From sequence record SRR20825010_861: 41,136 nucleotides of DNA; one strand, given 5' to 3'. This document shows positions 8,831 through 18,481 of this stretch, one piece after another. The notes below the pieces were generated by a model that did no database searches, was not told where the DNA came from, and saw nothing but the letters and a program-made list of their open reading frames with translations. The translations under genes were made by a program, and so were the position numbers. Position 1 is the first letter of the stretch; every line of letters starts with the position of its first letter.

Positions 8831-10393
8831 ATGAAAAAGATACTGTTTGTTGCGTTAGGACTTTCCATGGCCTGCAACTCATCGCAAAAAACCATTTCCC
8901 AACAAATTGAACCAGTAGTTAACAGTGTAGACCCCATGGTTTATGCCCAATCCATTACGGAGGCCGAACTAAAGGAACATCTTTATACTTATGCTTCAGA
9001 CGAATTTGAAGGAAGGGACACTGGAGAACCGGGGCAAAAATTGGCAGTGGAATATCTTAAGGCAGAATATGTAGAGCTTGGTATTCCTGCTGCCCAATCT
9101 GATGGAAATTATTTTCAAAATGTTCCCTTGGTCATAAGTAAATTACCTAAGGGATCTGTTACCATAAACGGTAAGGAATACGAAAATGGAGAAGGCTTGC
9201 TGACATTTACTGCTGCTACGGGTAGCTATGACAATATAGTTTATGTAAACTATGGTATAGAAGAAGAGGATTACTCGGATTATGCCAACGTGGATGTAAA
9301 GGGTAAAATAGTTTTGGTTAAGGCAGGGGAACCTATGAATGAGGATGGTACCTATGCCCTTTCAGGTTCCAATGAGGCATCTGTTTGGAGCAATATGTCG
9401 GAATCGATTGGAAAAAGAATGGAATTGGCTTCAAACAAGGGTGCCATTGGGGTAATGTATTTTGATGAGGCCAACTACGGTCGCTTTAAAAATAGGTTTA
9501 ATTTTATGCAGCGGCAAGATGGAGGCAGTATGGGTTTGAAAGATGAAGTCCAGAATGATTTTTTCAGCTTTTTTATCGATAGCATGGTGGCTAACGCCAT
9601 TCTCCCAAATATTTTATCGGAAAATACTTCCAAAAACGTTTCCGTCAAATTGATGCTGAATATTGAAAGTGATAGTAAAGATGTGGAATCCGAGAATGTG
9701 GTTGCGGTAATAAAAGGTTCGGAAAAACCTGATGAGTATGTTATAATTTCGGCCCATCTTGATCACGTTGGAGTAAACAATGAGGGGGAAATTTATAATG
9801 GTGCTGACGACGATGGCTCTGGAACCGTTGGACTTTTGGAGATTGCGGAGGCCTTTAAAAAAGCCGCCGATGAAGGCAATGGTCCAAAACGATCTGTTGT
9901 TTTTCTCCATGTTACAGGAGAGGAAAAAGGTCTTTTGGGATCTAAATATTACGCTGATCACGACCCAATTTTTCCTTTGTCCCAAACGGTGGCCGATTTA
10001 AATATTGATATGATAGGGAGAATAGACCCTAATCGTACGGGAGATAGGAATTATATTTATTTAATTGGTTCGGATAAGTTGAGCACGGAACTTCATAATC
10101 TATCGGAAGAGGTCAACAAGAAGTATATGAATATTGAATTGGACTATACTTATAACGATGAAAATGATCCCAACCGTTTCTACTACAGAAGTGATCATTA
10201 CAATTTTGCAAAGAATAATATTCCTATCATATTCTACTTTAATGGAACTCACGCCGACTATCACCAACCAGGGGATACCCCGGATAAAATTAATTATGAC
10301 CTGCTGGAAAATAGAACCAGACTGGTTTTTCTTACCGCATGGGAAATAGCCAACAGGGATGCCCGTCTAAAGGTGGATAAAGCTTCTAGGTAA
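8831..10393 (+). CDS. M28-family metallo-aminopeptidase lipoprotein with PA domain
   Basis: Lipobox SMAC. Zinc-ligand motifs SAHLDH, NGADDDGSG, GEEKGLLGS, NIDMIG, RSDH and DYHQPGD. Confidence 0.92.
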   Translation: MKKILFVALGLSMACNSSQKTISQQIEPVVNSVDPMVYAQSITEAELKEHLYTYASDEFEGRDTGEPGQKLAVEYLKAEYVELGIPAAQSDGNYFQNVPLVISKLPKGSVTINGKEYENGEGLLTFTAATGSYDNIVYVNYGIEEEDYSDYANVDVKGKIVLVKAGEPMNEDGTYALSGSNEASVWSNMSESIGKRMELASNKGAIGVMYFDEANYGRFKNRFNFMQRQDGGSMGLKDEVQNDFFSFFIDSMVANAILPNILSENTSKNVSVKLMLNIESDSKDVESENVVAVIKGSEKPDEYVIISAHLDHVGVNNEGEIYNGADDDGSGTVGLLEIAEAFKKAADEGNGPKRSVVFLHVTGEEKGLLGSKYYADHDPIFPLSQTVADLNIDMIGRIDPNRTGDRNYIYLIGSDKLSTELHNLSEEVNKKYMNIELDYTYNDENDPNRFYYRSDHYNFAKNNIPIIFYFNGTHADYHQPGDTPDKINYDLLENRTRLVFLTAWEIANRDARLKVDKASR

Positions 10394-10410
10394 TAAAAAA
10401 AAGATATTTT

Positions 10411-10446
10411 AAAAAGGTGGTCGAACTGGTTTTGACCACCTTTTTT
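10411..10446 (+). terminator. Intrinsic (bidirectional-looking) terminator
   Basis: AAAAAGGTGGTC-loop-GACCACCTTTTTT. Confidence 0.85.
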
Positions 10447-10627
10447 ATTGTTAATAATTGGGGTTTTGTGTTCCGGGTCCTGCCCTAAATTATTCGCTCC
10501 AAATATGGGATTGACGGCTAAATGTCATATCAAAAAAAGATTGGGTTATATTCCAAACATTCGGCAACTTTTATGTTGAACATCGTAATTATTCCTATAT
10601 TAATTTCAATGATTTCCAAGATAGTCT

Positions 10628-10635
10628 TAATTTTG
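10628..10635 (+). promoter_or_regulatory. -7 promoter box upstream of leuC
   Basis: TAATTTTG lies 75 nt upstream of the leuC ATG. Confidence 0.5.
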
Positions 10636-10710
10636 CATGCTAGTAAAAAAGTAGGCAAAGTGCCTTGTTACGAATATTAAATCTAAGATCATAAATCATA
10701 ACCCTATAAA

Positions 10711-12120
10711 ATGAAGAAAACGTTATTTGATAAAGTATGGGATTCCCATGTTGTTCATAAGATTGAAAATGGGCCGGATGTCCTGTTCATAGACCGTCAC
10801 ATGGTTCATGAAGTTACTAGTCCGGTAGCATTTCTAGGTATAAAAAGTAGGGGTATTCCAGTAATGTATCCAGGGCGTACTTTTGCCACTGCAGATCATA
10901 ACACTCCTACCATTAACCAGCATTTGCCGGTTAAAGATCCACTTTCGGCCAATCAACTAAAAGCATTGGAAGAAAATTCCAAGGCTCACGGTATTTCCTA
11001 TTGGGGACTTGGGCATGAAAAAAATGGGATTGTTCACGTGGTAGGTCCGGAATACGGAATTACCCAACCCGGTGCTACCATTGTATGTGGTGATTCTCAT
11101 ACCTCTACCCATGGCGCATTTGGAGCTATTGCATTTGGTATAGGAACTTCCGAGGTGGAAATGGTATTGGCCACCCAGTGTATTATGCAGCAGAAGGCCA
11201 AATCTATGCGTATCAATGTCAATGGAAAACTTAGTAAGGGCGTTACCCCCAAAGATGTGGCCCTTTATATAATTTCCAAATTAACGACCTCTGGTGCTAC
11301 GGGATATTTTGTGGAGTATGCAGGTGATGTTTTTAGGAACATGACTATGGAAGGTAGGATGACTGTTTGTAACCTAAGTATTGAAATGGGTGCCCGTGGA
11401 GGGATGATCGCCCCGGACGAAAAAACTTTCGAATATATTAAAGGACGGGAATTTACTCCTGTAGGTGCCGACTGGGACAAAGCCATGGAATATTGGAAAA
11501 CCCTTAAAACGGATGAGGATGCTACTTTTGACAAAGAAATAACTTTTGATGCTGCCGATATAGAACCTATGATTACCTATGGTACCAATCCAGGAATGGG
11601 TATCGGAATTTCCAATGGTATTCCACAGGCCGAATCTGTGGAGGGTGGTGTTGCCACTTATAAAAAATCACTTCAATATATGGCCTTTAATGAGGGCGAT
11701 AACATGATTGGAAAGCCAATCGATTTTGTGTTTTTGGGAAGTTGTACCAATGGCCGTATCGAAGACTTTAGAGCCTTTGCTTCCATAGTTAAGGGCAGAA
11801 AAAAAGCAGATAATGTTACGGCTTGGTTAGTACCTGGATCCCATAAAGTGGAATCTGCCATCAAGGAAGAAGGAATTTTGGACATTTTGCACGAAGCTGG
11901 TTTTGAATTACGTGAACCGGGTTGCTCTGCATGCTTGGCCATGAACGATGATAAGGTTCCTGCTGGGAAATATGCCGTGAGTACCTCAAATAGAAATTTT
12001 GAAGGTAGACAAGGCCCTGGGTCAAGAACACTTTTGGCAAGTCCGTTGGTGGCAGCTGCTGCAGCCGTTACCGGAAAGGTAACAGATCCAAGGGAGTTGA
12101 TGCAAGAGGAATTGGTTTAA
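10711..12120 (+). CDS. leuC: 3-isopropylmalate dehydratase large subunit
   Basis: [38 protein letters not shown] and [12 protein letters not shown]. Confidence 0.97.
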   Translation: MKKTLFDKVWDSHVVHKIENGPDVLFIDRHMVHEVTSPVAFLGIKSRGIPVMYPGRTFATADHNTPTINQHLPVKDPLSANQLKALEENSKAHGISYWGLGHEKNGIVHVVGPEYGITQPGATIVCGDSHTSTHGAFGAIAFGIGTSEVEMVLATQCIMQQKAKSMRINVNGKLSKGVTPKDVALYIISKLTTSGATGYFVEYAGDVFRNMTMEGRMTVCNLSIEMGARGGMIAPDEKTFEYIKGREFTPVGADWDKAMEYWKTLKTDEDATFDKEITFDAADIEPMITYGTNPGMGIGISNGIPQAESVEGGVATYKKSLQYMAFNEGDNMIGKPIDFVFLGSCTNGRIEDFRAFASIVKGRKKADNVTAWLVPGSHKVESAIKEEGILDILHEAGFELREPGCSACLAMNDDKVPAGKYAVSTSNRNFEGRQGPGSRTLLASPLVAAAAAVTGKVTDPRELMQEELV

Positions 12121-12295
12121 AACCTCAATACAATTTCGGAAATGTTTAAGGCATTCCTCATAAATTGTGGCGACTGGGAACGGTATTTCTTGGAAGAGCT
12201 TCAAGAAGGTTTTAAAGAGGTCAAAATAATTTTGTGATAAAATAAAGTTTAATTTTCGTCTAGCGCTGGGCGCTGGGCACCTAAGTTTAAATAAC

Positions 12296-12892
12296 ATGGC
12301 ATACGATAAATTTAATATACTTAAAACAACAGCGGTTCCGCTTCCTATTGAAAATGTGGATACGGATCAAATAATTCCTGCCCGTTTTCTTAAGGCGACG
12401 GAGCGTAAAGGTTTTGGGGACAATTTGTTCAGGGATTGGCGCTACAATCCGGATAATAGTCCAAAAGAGGATTTTGTATTGAACAATCCTACCTTTAGTG
12501 GTAAAATATTGGTTGGGGGCAAAAACTTTGGATCTGGTTCTTCTAGGGAACATGCTGCTTGGGCAGTTTACGATTATGGATTTAGATGTGTGGTATCCAG
12601 TTTTTTTGCAGATATTTTTAAGAACAACTGTCTAAACATTGGGGTATTGCCGGTACAGGTAAGTGCTCCGTTTTTAGAAAAAATATTTGAGGCAATCTAT
12701 GCGGATCCAAAAACAGAATTGGTAGTCAATCTACCGGAACAGACCATTACTTTGACAACTACTGGTGAATCCGAAAGCTTTGATATCAACAATTACAAAA
12801 AAGATAATATGCTTAACGGCTTTGATGATATTGATTATCTTTTGAACATAAAGGAGAATATTAGGGAATTTGCCGAAGATACTCCCTTGTAA
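12296..12892 (+). CDS. leuD: 3-isopropylmalate dehydratase small subunit
   Basis: NVDTDQIIPARFL, NFGSGSSREHA and FADIF. Confidence 0.97.
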   Translation: MAYDKFNILKTTAVPLPIENVDTDQIIPARFLKATERKGFGDNLFRDWRYNPDNSPKEDFVLNNPTFSGKILVGGKNFGSGSSREHAAWAVYDYGFRCVVSSFFADIFKNNCLNIGVLPVQVSAPFLEKIFEAIYADPKTELVVNLPEQTITLTTTGESESFDINNYKKDNMLNGFDDIDYLLNIKENIREFAEDTPL

Positions 12893-13019
12893 AGTATTGG
12901 GTTGCAGTAAATGTGCCTCATATTAAGTGGAGGTTTATCCTCTTCTTGATAGGTTAAAAGGGCGTTTTACTGTTTTTAAGTTATTGGACAATAGACATAC
13001 GGTTACTAGTTCTGCATAA

Positions 13020-14537
13020 ATGAAACGAAGAATAATTGAAATAATGGACACCACCCTTCGGGATGGCGAACAGACCTCTGGGGTGTCCTTTTCTGCATCC
13101 GAAAAGCTTACCTTGGCTAAGTTATTGTTGGATGAGTTGAATGTAGATAGAATTGAAGTAGCTTCTGCCAGGGTATCGGAGGGAGAACTTTCAGCGGTAC
13201 AACAGATTACCGAATGGGCCAATACCAAAGGGTATATTAACCGTGTTGAAGTATTGACATTCGTGGATGGGGGTGTTTCTATTGATTGGATGAAAAAATC
13301 CGGTGCCAAGGTCCAGAATCTTTTGACCAAAGGTTCTATGAACCACCTAACGCACCAGCTTAAAAAAACTCCGGAACAACATTTTAGCGAAATAGAAAAG
13401 GCCATTTCCGAAGCGGCCAAGGAAGGTATTTCTACCAATGTATATTTGGAAGACTGGAGCAATGGCATGCGGAATTCAAAGGAATACGTATTCCAATTTA
13501 TAGATTTTCTGTCCACTCAGCCAGTAAAAAGGGTTTTGTTGCCCGACACTTTGGGAATCCTGACCTACACAGAAACATATAAGTTTATATCGGAAATAGT
13601 ACAGCGTTATCCCAATATGCATTTCGATTTTCATGGGCATAACGATTATGATTTAAGTGTTTCCAATGTAATGGAGGCAATTAAAGCAGGTTGCCATGGA
13701 CTTCATTTAACCGTTAACGGAATGGGTGAAAGGGCTGGTAACGCGCCAATGGCAAGTGCTATAGCGGTAATCAACGATTTTATGCCCGAAATAGAGGTGG
13801 CTGTGAACGAATCTTCCCTATATAAGGTGAGCAAGTTGGTTTCTGCCTTTACCGGATTTGGAATTCCTGCTAACAAGCCTATCGTAGGGGATAATGTTTT
13901 TACTCAAACTGCAGGAATCCATGCAGATGGGGACAGTAAGAAAAACTTGTACTTTAATGATTTAATGCCGGAGAGATTTGGTAGAAAACGTAAGTACGCC
14001 TTAGGTAAAACTTCGGGAAAGGCCAACATTCAAAAGAACTTACAGGAGCTGGGATTAACGCTCAATGATGATGAGTTAAAAAAGGTTACGGCACGTATTA
14101 TTGAATTGGGAGATAAAAAGGAAAAGGTAACCAAGGAGGACCTCCCCTATATTATTTCCGATGTTTTGGATAGCGATACCTATCAGCAAAAGGTTTTTGT
14201 TAAATCATATGTACTCACCCATTCGAAAGGTTTAAAGCCCTCCACTACCCTAGCCCTCGAAATTAATGGTGAACTTATAGAGGAGCACGCTCAGGGCGAC
14301 GGACAATACGATGCCTTTATGAATGCATTGAGAAAAGTATACAAATCCAAAAAATTGGAATTGCCCACTTTGGTGGATTACGCGGTGCGAATTCCACCTG
14401 GCAGTAATTCCGATGCTCTCTGTGAAACCATTATTACCTGGAAAAGGGGCGATAAGGAATTTATTTCCAGGGGGCTGGACTCCGATCAAACTGTTTCAGC
14501 CATAAAGGCCACCGAGAAAATGTTGAATATTATCTAG
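13020..14537 (+). CDS. cimA: (R)-citramalate synthase (LeuA/CimA family, Leptospira/Bacteroides type)
   Basis: DTTLRDGEQ, HGHND and GMGERAGN. LLTKGS and NVYLEDWSNG are typical of the CimA branch rather than LeuA. C-terminal allosteric domain present. Confidence 0.8.
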   Translation: MKRRIIEIMDTTLRDGEQTSGVSFSASEKLTLAKLLLDELNVDRIEVASARVSEGELSAVQQITEWANTKGYINRVEVLTFVDGGVSIDWMKKSGAKVQNLLTKGSMNHLTHQLKKTPEQHFSEIEKAISEAAKEGISTNVYLEDWSNGMRNSKEYVFQFIDFLSTQPVKRVLLPDTLGILTYTETYKFISEIVQRYPNMHFDFHGHNDYDLSVSNVMEAIKAGCHGLHLTVNGMGERAGNAPMASAIAVINDFMPEIEVAVNESSLYKVSKLVSAFTGFGIPANKPIVGDNVFTQTAGIHADGDSKKNLYFNDLMPERFGRKRKYALGKTSGKANIQKNLQELGLTLNDDELKKVTARIIELGDKKEKVTKEDLPYIISDVLDSDTYQQKVFVKSYVLTHSKGLKPSTTLALEINGELIEEHAQGDGQYDAFMNALRKVYKSKKLELPTLVDYAVRIPPGSNSDALCETIITWKRGDKEFISRGLDSDQTVSAIKATEKMLNII

Positions 14538-14599
14538 GAAAAACACAAACAATTATAACCAAGCCAGTCGAATAAACGTTTGGCAAAAAGCAAAACTGA

Positions 14600-15655
14600 A
14601 TGAAATTAAATATTGCCCTTTTAGCAGGAGATGGAATAGGTCCTGAAGTAATTGATCAAGCGGTAAAAGTATCCAATGCCATAGCCAAGAAATACAATCA
14701 CGAGATAAGCTGGACGCCTGCCCTTACCGGTGCAGCAGCAATTGATGCGGTTGGAGAGCCTTATCCGGATGAAACCCATGCCGTTTGTGAAGCTGCGGAT
14801 GCCGTTTTATTCGGGGCGATCGGGCACCCAAGATTCGACAACGATCCCTCTGCCAAGGTACGTCCAGAACAGGGATTGTTGAAAATGAGACAAAAATTAG
14901 GTTTGTTTGCCAATGTTAGACCTACTTTTACTTTCCCTTCACTTATAGATAAATCCCCTTTGAAACGTGAGCGCATCGAGGGTACGGATTTGATTATTCT
15001 CAGGGAATTGACAGGCGGAGTGTATTTTGGGGAACGTGGGCGTAAGGATAATGGGAATACTGCCTTTGACACAATGACCTATACCCGTGCGGAAATTCAG
15101 CGTTTGGCAAAAAAAGGCTTTGAAATGGCTATGACCCGATCCAAAAGACTTTGTTGTGTTGATAAGGCCAATGTTTTGGAATCTTCACGTCTATGGCGTG
15201 AAACAGTTCAAGCCATGGAAAAAGATTACCCAGAAGTAACAGTTTCCTATGAATTTGTAGATGCCGTTGCTATGCGATTGGTACAATGGCCAAAAGGGTA
15301 TGATGTAATAATAACTGAAAATCTTTTTGGGGATATTTTAACGGATGAGGCCTCAGTAATATCTGGGTCTATGGGATTGATGCCATCGGCTTCCGTAGGA
15401 AGCAAAGTTAGGTTATATGAACCTATTCACGGGTCATATCCACAGGCTGCAGGTAAGGATATAGCAAACCCATTGGCCACGGTACTATCAGCTGCCATGA
15501 TGTTCGAAGATTTTGACTTGAAGGAAGAGGCACAGGCCATTCGTGATGTAGTAAACAAATCTCTTGCAGAAGGTTTTGTTACTGAAGATTTGGCAGAAGG
15601 AGGAAAAGCTCATAAGACTAGTGAAGTTGGCGATTGGTTGGCCAAGAATATCTAA
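14600..15655 (+). CDS. leuB: 3-isopropylmalate dehydrogenase
   Basis: GDGIGPEV, RELTGGVYFG, VDKANVL, NLFGDILTDEAS and EPIHGS. Confidence 0.97.
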   Translation: MKLNIALLAGDGIGPEVIDQAVKVSNAIAKKYNHEISWTPALTGAAAIDAVGEPYPDETHAVCEAADAVLFGAIGHPRFDNDPSAKVRPEQGLLKMRQKLGLFANVRPTFTFPSLIDKSPLKRERIEGTDLIILRELTGGVYFGERGRKDNGNTAFDTMTYTRAEIQRLAKKGFEMAMTRSKRLCCVDKANVLESSRLWRETVQAMEKDYPEVTVSYEFVDAVAMRLVQWPKGYDVIITENLFGDILTDEASVISGSMGLMPSASVGSKVRLYEPIHGSYPQAAGKDIANPLATVLSAAMMFEDFDLKEEAQAIRDVVNKSLAEGFVTEDLAEGGKAHKTSEVGDWLAKNI

Positions 15656-15677
15656 AATTTGTTACATAAGAATTATG

Positions 15678-15703
15678 AAGCCCCTCGAAAGAGGGGCTTT
15701 ATT
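15678..15703 (+). terminator. Intrinsic terminator of the leu operon
   Basis: AAGCCCCTC-GAAA-GAGGGGCTT followed by TATT (GNRA loop). Confidence 0.85.
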
Positions 15704-15732
15704 GCTTCTATAGTATATTGTAATTGAAGGTA

Positions 15733-16572
15733 TTAATTTGGAAAAATAATAATGTCTTCAATGATCACTTCATCATCCAAAGTGACCAATAAATTTAATC
15801 CGGTCGTAATTTCATTTTGCGCTATGGAAATGTTATATTGCTCGTTCGCGCTAATGCCCATATACCATTTTGATGCAGTGACCGGTAGACCGGAATTATT
15901 GGTGGCGGTAATGGAAATTTCCAAATCCCCACCTAGATCTCCCAAAGTACCCATAATCCAATCCCCATACCAGGTTGAAAAATAACCAGTTTGTCCACTC
16001 TGAGCGGTAGTCCAGGTCATCTCCACGTTTTCATAACCTCCATTGATATTGGTCCATTTCCTTACATCTACCTCAATATCAGGAAAGGCAAAGGCCACTT
16101 CCGTCGAAATAGTAATGGTAGTTGCAATATCCATCAAAGACAAATTGGCGTTTACCGTAGTAATTGCTCCTGAACTAATAAATACGCTGGAATTATAATA
16201 GCCATACCTTCCATTATCAAATCGAGCATCAAATATGGAGTAATTATTATCGCTAGCTATTAGAAGATTATAAAAACCGACTGGCAATTCAATAGTTTCA
16301 GGGGATTCATTGTATGGACGATTATATATTTGTTCAAATCCATCACTAATATATATCCTCATTTCTGCTAGAACATCTTCCAGTGGGGGTTTCCCAGTAG
16401 TAATTTTGACAAGCTCTTTTACACTTGTCTTTAGGGATAGGAATCCAGGCTCTGTCTCTTCAATAGGGTCTATAGCGGTGGGTTCATCTATGACCTCTAA
16501 GACATTATCCTTGTCACAGCCTAAAAAGAATAGCCCAAGGAGCAACATGCTAAAAATAAGTTTTGCTTTCAT
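15733..16572 (-). CDS. Surface lipoprotein, DUF4493-like
   Basis: Lipobox FFLGC followed by acidic DKDN/EVIDE. GFLSL...IELPVGFYNL...FD..RYG...TTVNANLSL resembles DUF4493. Alternative start at 16578. Confidence 0.6.
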   Translation of the reverse strand: MKAKLIFSMLLLGLFFLGCDKDNVLEVIDEPTAIDPIEETEPGFLSLKTSVKELVKITTGKPPLEDVLAEMRIYISDGFEQIYNRPYNESPETIELPVGFYNLLIASDNNYSIFDARFDNGRYGYYNSSVFISSGAITTVNANLSLMDIATTITISTEVAFAFPDIEVDVRKWTNINGGYENVEMTWTTAQSGQTGYFSTWYGDWIMGTLGDLGGDLEISITATNNSGLPVTASKWYMGISANEQYNISIAQNEITTGLNLLVTLDDEVIIEDIIIFPN

Positions 16573-16798
16573 AATCAAAATATTTAGTAGTTAATACTTT
16601 TGTTTATGATTTAATGTCTTAAACAAATAGAGGTTAACACATGTCTCTAAATTTATTTTGAATATGGCCATCCCAACCGGACGTACTTAATTTTGCCAGA
16701 TGCATCAAAGATTGAAATAGTCAAGTTGGTCAATTTGGAACATTTATTTTTCAACTGGTAGTTTAATATTTGTGGTAAAGCATATCAATTAATAGCAT

Positions 16799-16838
16799 AA
16801 AAAAAATCCCCAACAATGACTGTCATTGTTGGGGATTT
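16799..16838 (-). terminator. Intrinsic terminator after the MFS gene
   Basis: Perfect 17-bp inverted repeat AAATCCCCAACAATGAC-T-GTCATTGTTGGGGATTT, with a U-tract on the - strand. Confidence 0.85.
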
Positions 16839-16873
16839 AAATATTTGATCAGATTTTGCCCTGATTACTGTTA

Positions 16874-18076
16874 TTAAGAGTTAAATGCCATTTTACGCTT
16901 AGTACTGACCGCTCTATTTTTAGAAAACACCAAGATCAATACGGCAATGGTAATGCCTGTGCCGGCCATTAAGGCCCCGACCAAGCTTGCGGAGGTAAAT
17001 CCAAATCCCATGGCTATGGGCAATCCGGCAAAGAATGCTCCAGAGGCATTGCCCATATTGAAGGCACTCTGATTCATGGAAGACCCCAACATCTCAGATC
17101 CTTTGGAAGCCTTTATAATGGCCAATTGAATTGGTGTGCCTACCATAAAGGAAACGATTCCAATAATGAAGGTTAAAATTAATATTGCTACTGGATTTGC
17201 AGCAACCAGGAAGTTTATCAGCAGTACCATTACCATTAAGGATAAGCTGATGATAACTGCCTTCAACGGGCTAAAAATCTCTGCCATTTTAGCGCCAATG
17301 AAATTACCGAACACCATTCCTACCCCGGCCAAAATCATGGCATAACTCACCATACTTTCAGAATGTCCGGATACGTTGGTCAACAAGGGAGCTATATAGC
17401 TATACCAGGCAAAGAATCCCCCAGTCCCGATTGTAGTTAGTAAGATGAGCAGCCAAATTTCCACTCTTTTAAAAACCTTCAAATCTTTGAAGAATCCCTC
17501 AGAGGAGGATTTTTCCATTTTTGGGATCCATAGGTAAATACTTACCATTGCGACGATACCAACAATACCCACCATTAAAAACGATAGATTCCAAATATAA
17601 TGATGCCCCAGGTAAGTACCAATTGGTACCCCTATTACATTGGCAATGGTTAAACCGGCGAACATGGTGGCAATGGCCTGGGCTGCTTTCCCCTCTTTCG
17701 CCAACTTTCCGGCCACTACAGCACCAATTCCAAAAAATGCACCATGTGGCAATCCAGACAAGAATCTAGCGACCATTAAAGTAACATAGTTCGTTGAAAA
17801 TGCTGAAAGGGTGTTGAAAACCGTAAACCATATCATTAAAAATAACAACACTTTATGTGCTGGCCACTTTCCGCTTAGAGCTGTTAAAGTGGGGGCACCG
17901 ATTACCACGCCCAAGGCATAGGCCGATATAAAATGACCTGCTTGAGGTATACTTATTTGAAGAGAATTGGCCACGTCCGGTAGAATACCCATTATCACAA
18001 ACTCGGTCATCCCTATACCAAAGCCTCCTACCCCTAGGGCAAGTAGCGCTTTTTTGTTCGATTTGTCCATACTCAT
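16874..18076 (-). CDS. MFS transporter, DHA1/AraJ-like
   Basis: GIGMTEFVIMGILP, AGHFISAYALG, ARFLSGLPHGAFFG, ANVIGVP and SAFNMGNA, with ~12 hydrophobic segments. Confidence 0.9.
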   Translation of the reverse strand: MSMDKSNKKALLALGVGGFGIGMTEFVIMGILPDVANSLQISIPQAGHFISAYALGVVIGAPTLTALSGKWPAHKVLLFLMIWFTVFNTLSAFSTNYVTLMVARFLSGLPHGAFFGIGAVVAGKLAKEGKAAQAIATMFAGLTIANVIGVPIGTYLGHHYIWNLSFLMVGIVGIVAMVSIYLWIPKMEKSSSEGFFKDLKVFKRVEIWLLILLTTIGTGGFFAWYSYIAPLLTNVSGHSESMVSYAMILAGVGMVFGNFIGAKMAEIFSPLKAVIISLSLMVMVLLINFLVAANPVAILILTFIIGIVSFMVGTPIQLAIIKASKGSEMLGSSMNQSAFNMGNASGAFFAGLPIAMGFGFTSASLVGALMAGTGITIAVLILVFSKNRAVSTKRKMAFNS

Positions 18077-18186
18077 AATATTATTATTTAAGACATTAAT
18101 ACAGGTACAATATTACTACAAGGTATTTTCGTGTAGCTATGGATAATTATCCTATTTATATTCATTTATATCCTGCAAAAAAGCGG

Positions 18187-18194
18187 CAAAAGTA
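18187..18194 (-). promoter_or_regulatory. -7 promoter box for the MFS gene
   Basis: TACTTTTG on the - strand, ~110 nt upstream of the start. Confidence 0.45.
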
Positions 18195-18481
18195 ATACTC
18201 TTTAATCACATTGCGTGTGTTTATAGTAGTTTTGGTGTTTTTTTGGCAAACATTTAATACTTAATGGGTTCGACTTTTTACAGCCTCTATGGTCTAAATT
18301 TTTTATCAATGGCGGCCTAAAGGACTAATTGACAGTTGGAAGGGTAGTAATTTTTTTGCATAAATCATAAATACATAAGACTAGTGGTATCTCCCATTAA
18401 ATTTCAAAATCTATACGATTTATGATTATTAAACGTTGATACCATATATAAAAGAAGATTTTTCCTACAAAATTTAGCGTC

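Noticed and set aside
10637-10654. Mini-ORF MLVKK upstream of leuC
   Set aside because: The ATG is 1 nt from the -7 box and so probably upstream of the TSS; too short to support.
12935-13516. 193-aa antisense ORF
   Set aside because: It lies opposite cimA with no recognisable motifs, as expected of a shadow ORF.
16804-16838. 17-bp perfect inverted repeat as a MITE or mobile-element end
   Set aside because: It is single-copy in the window, has no target duplication, and sits as a terminator after the MFS gene.
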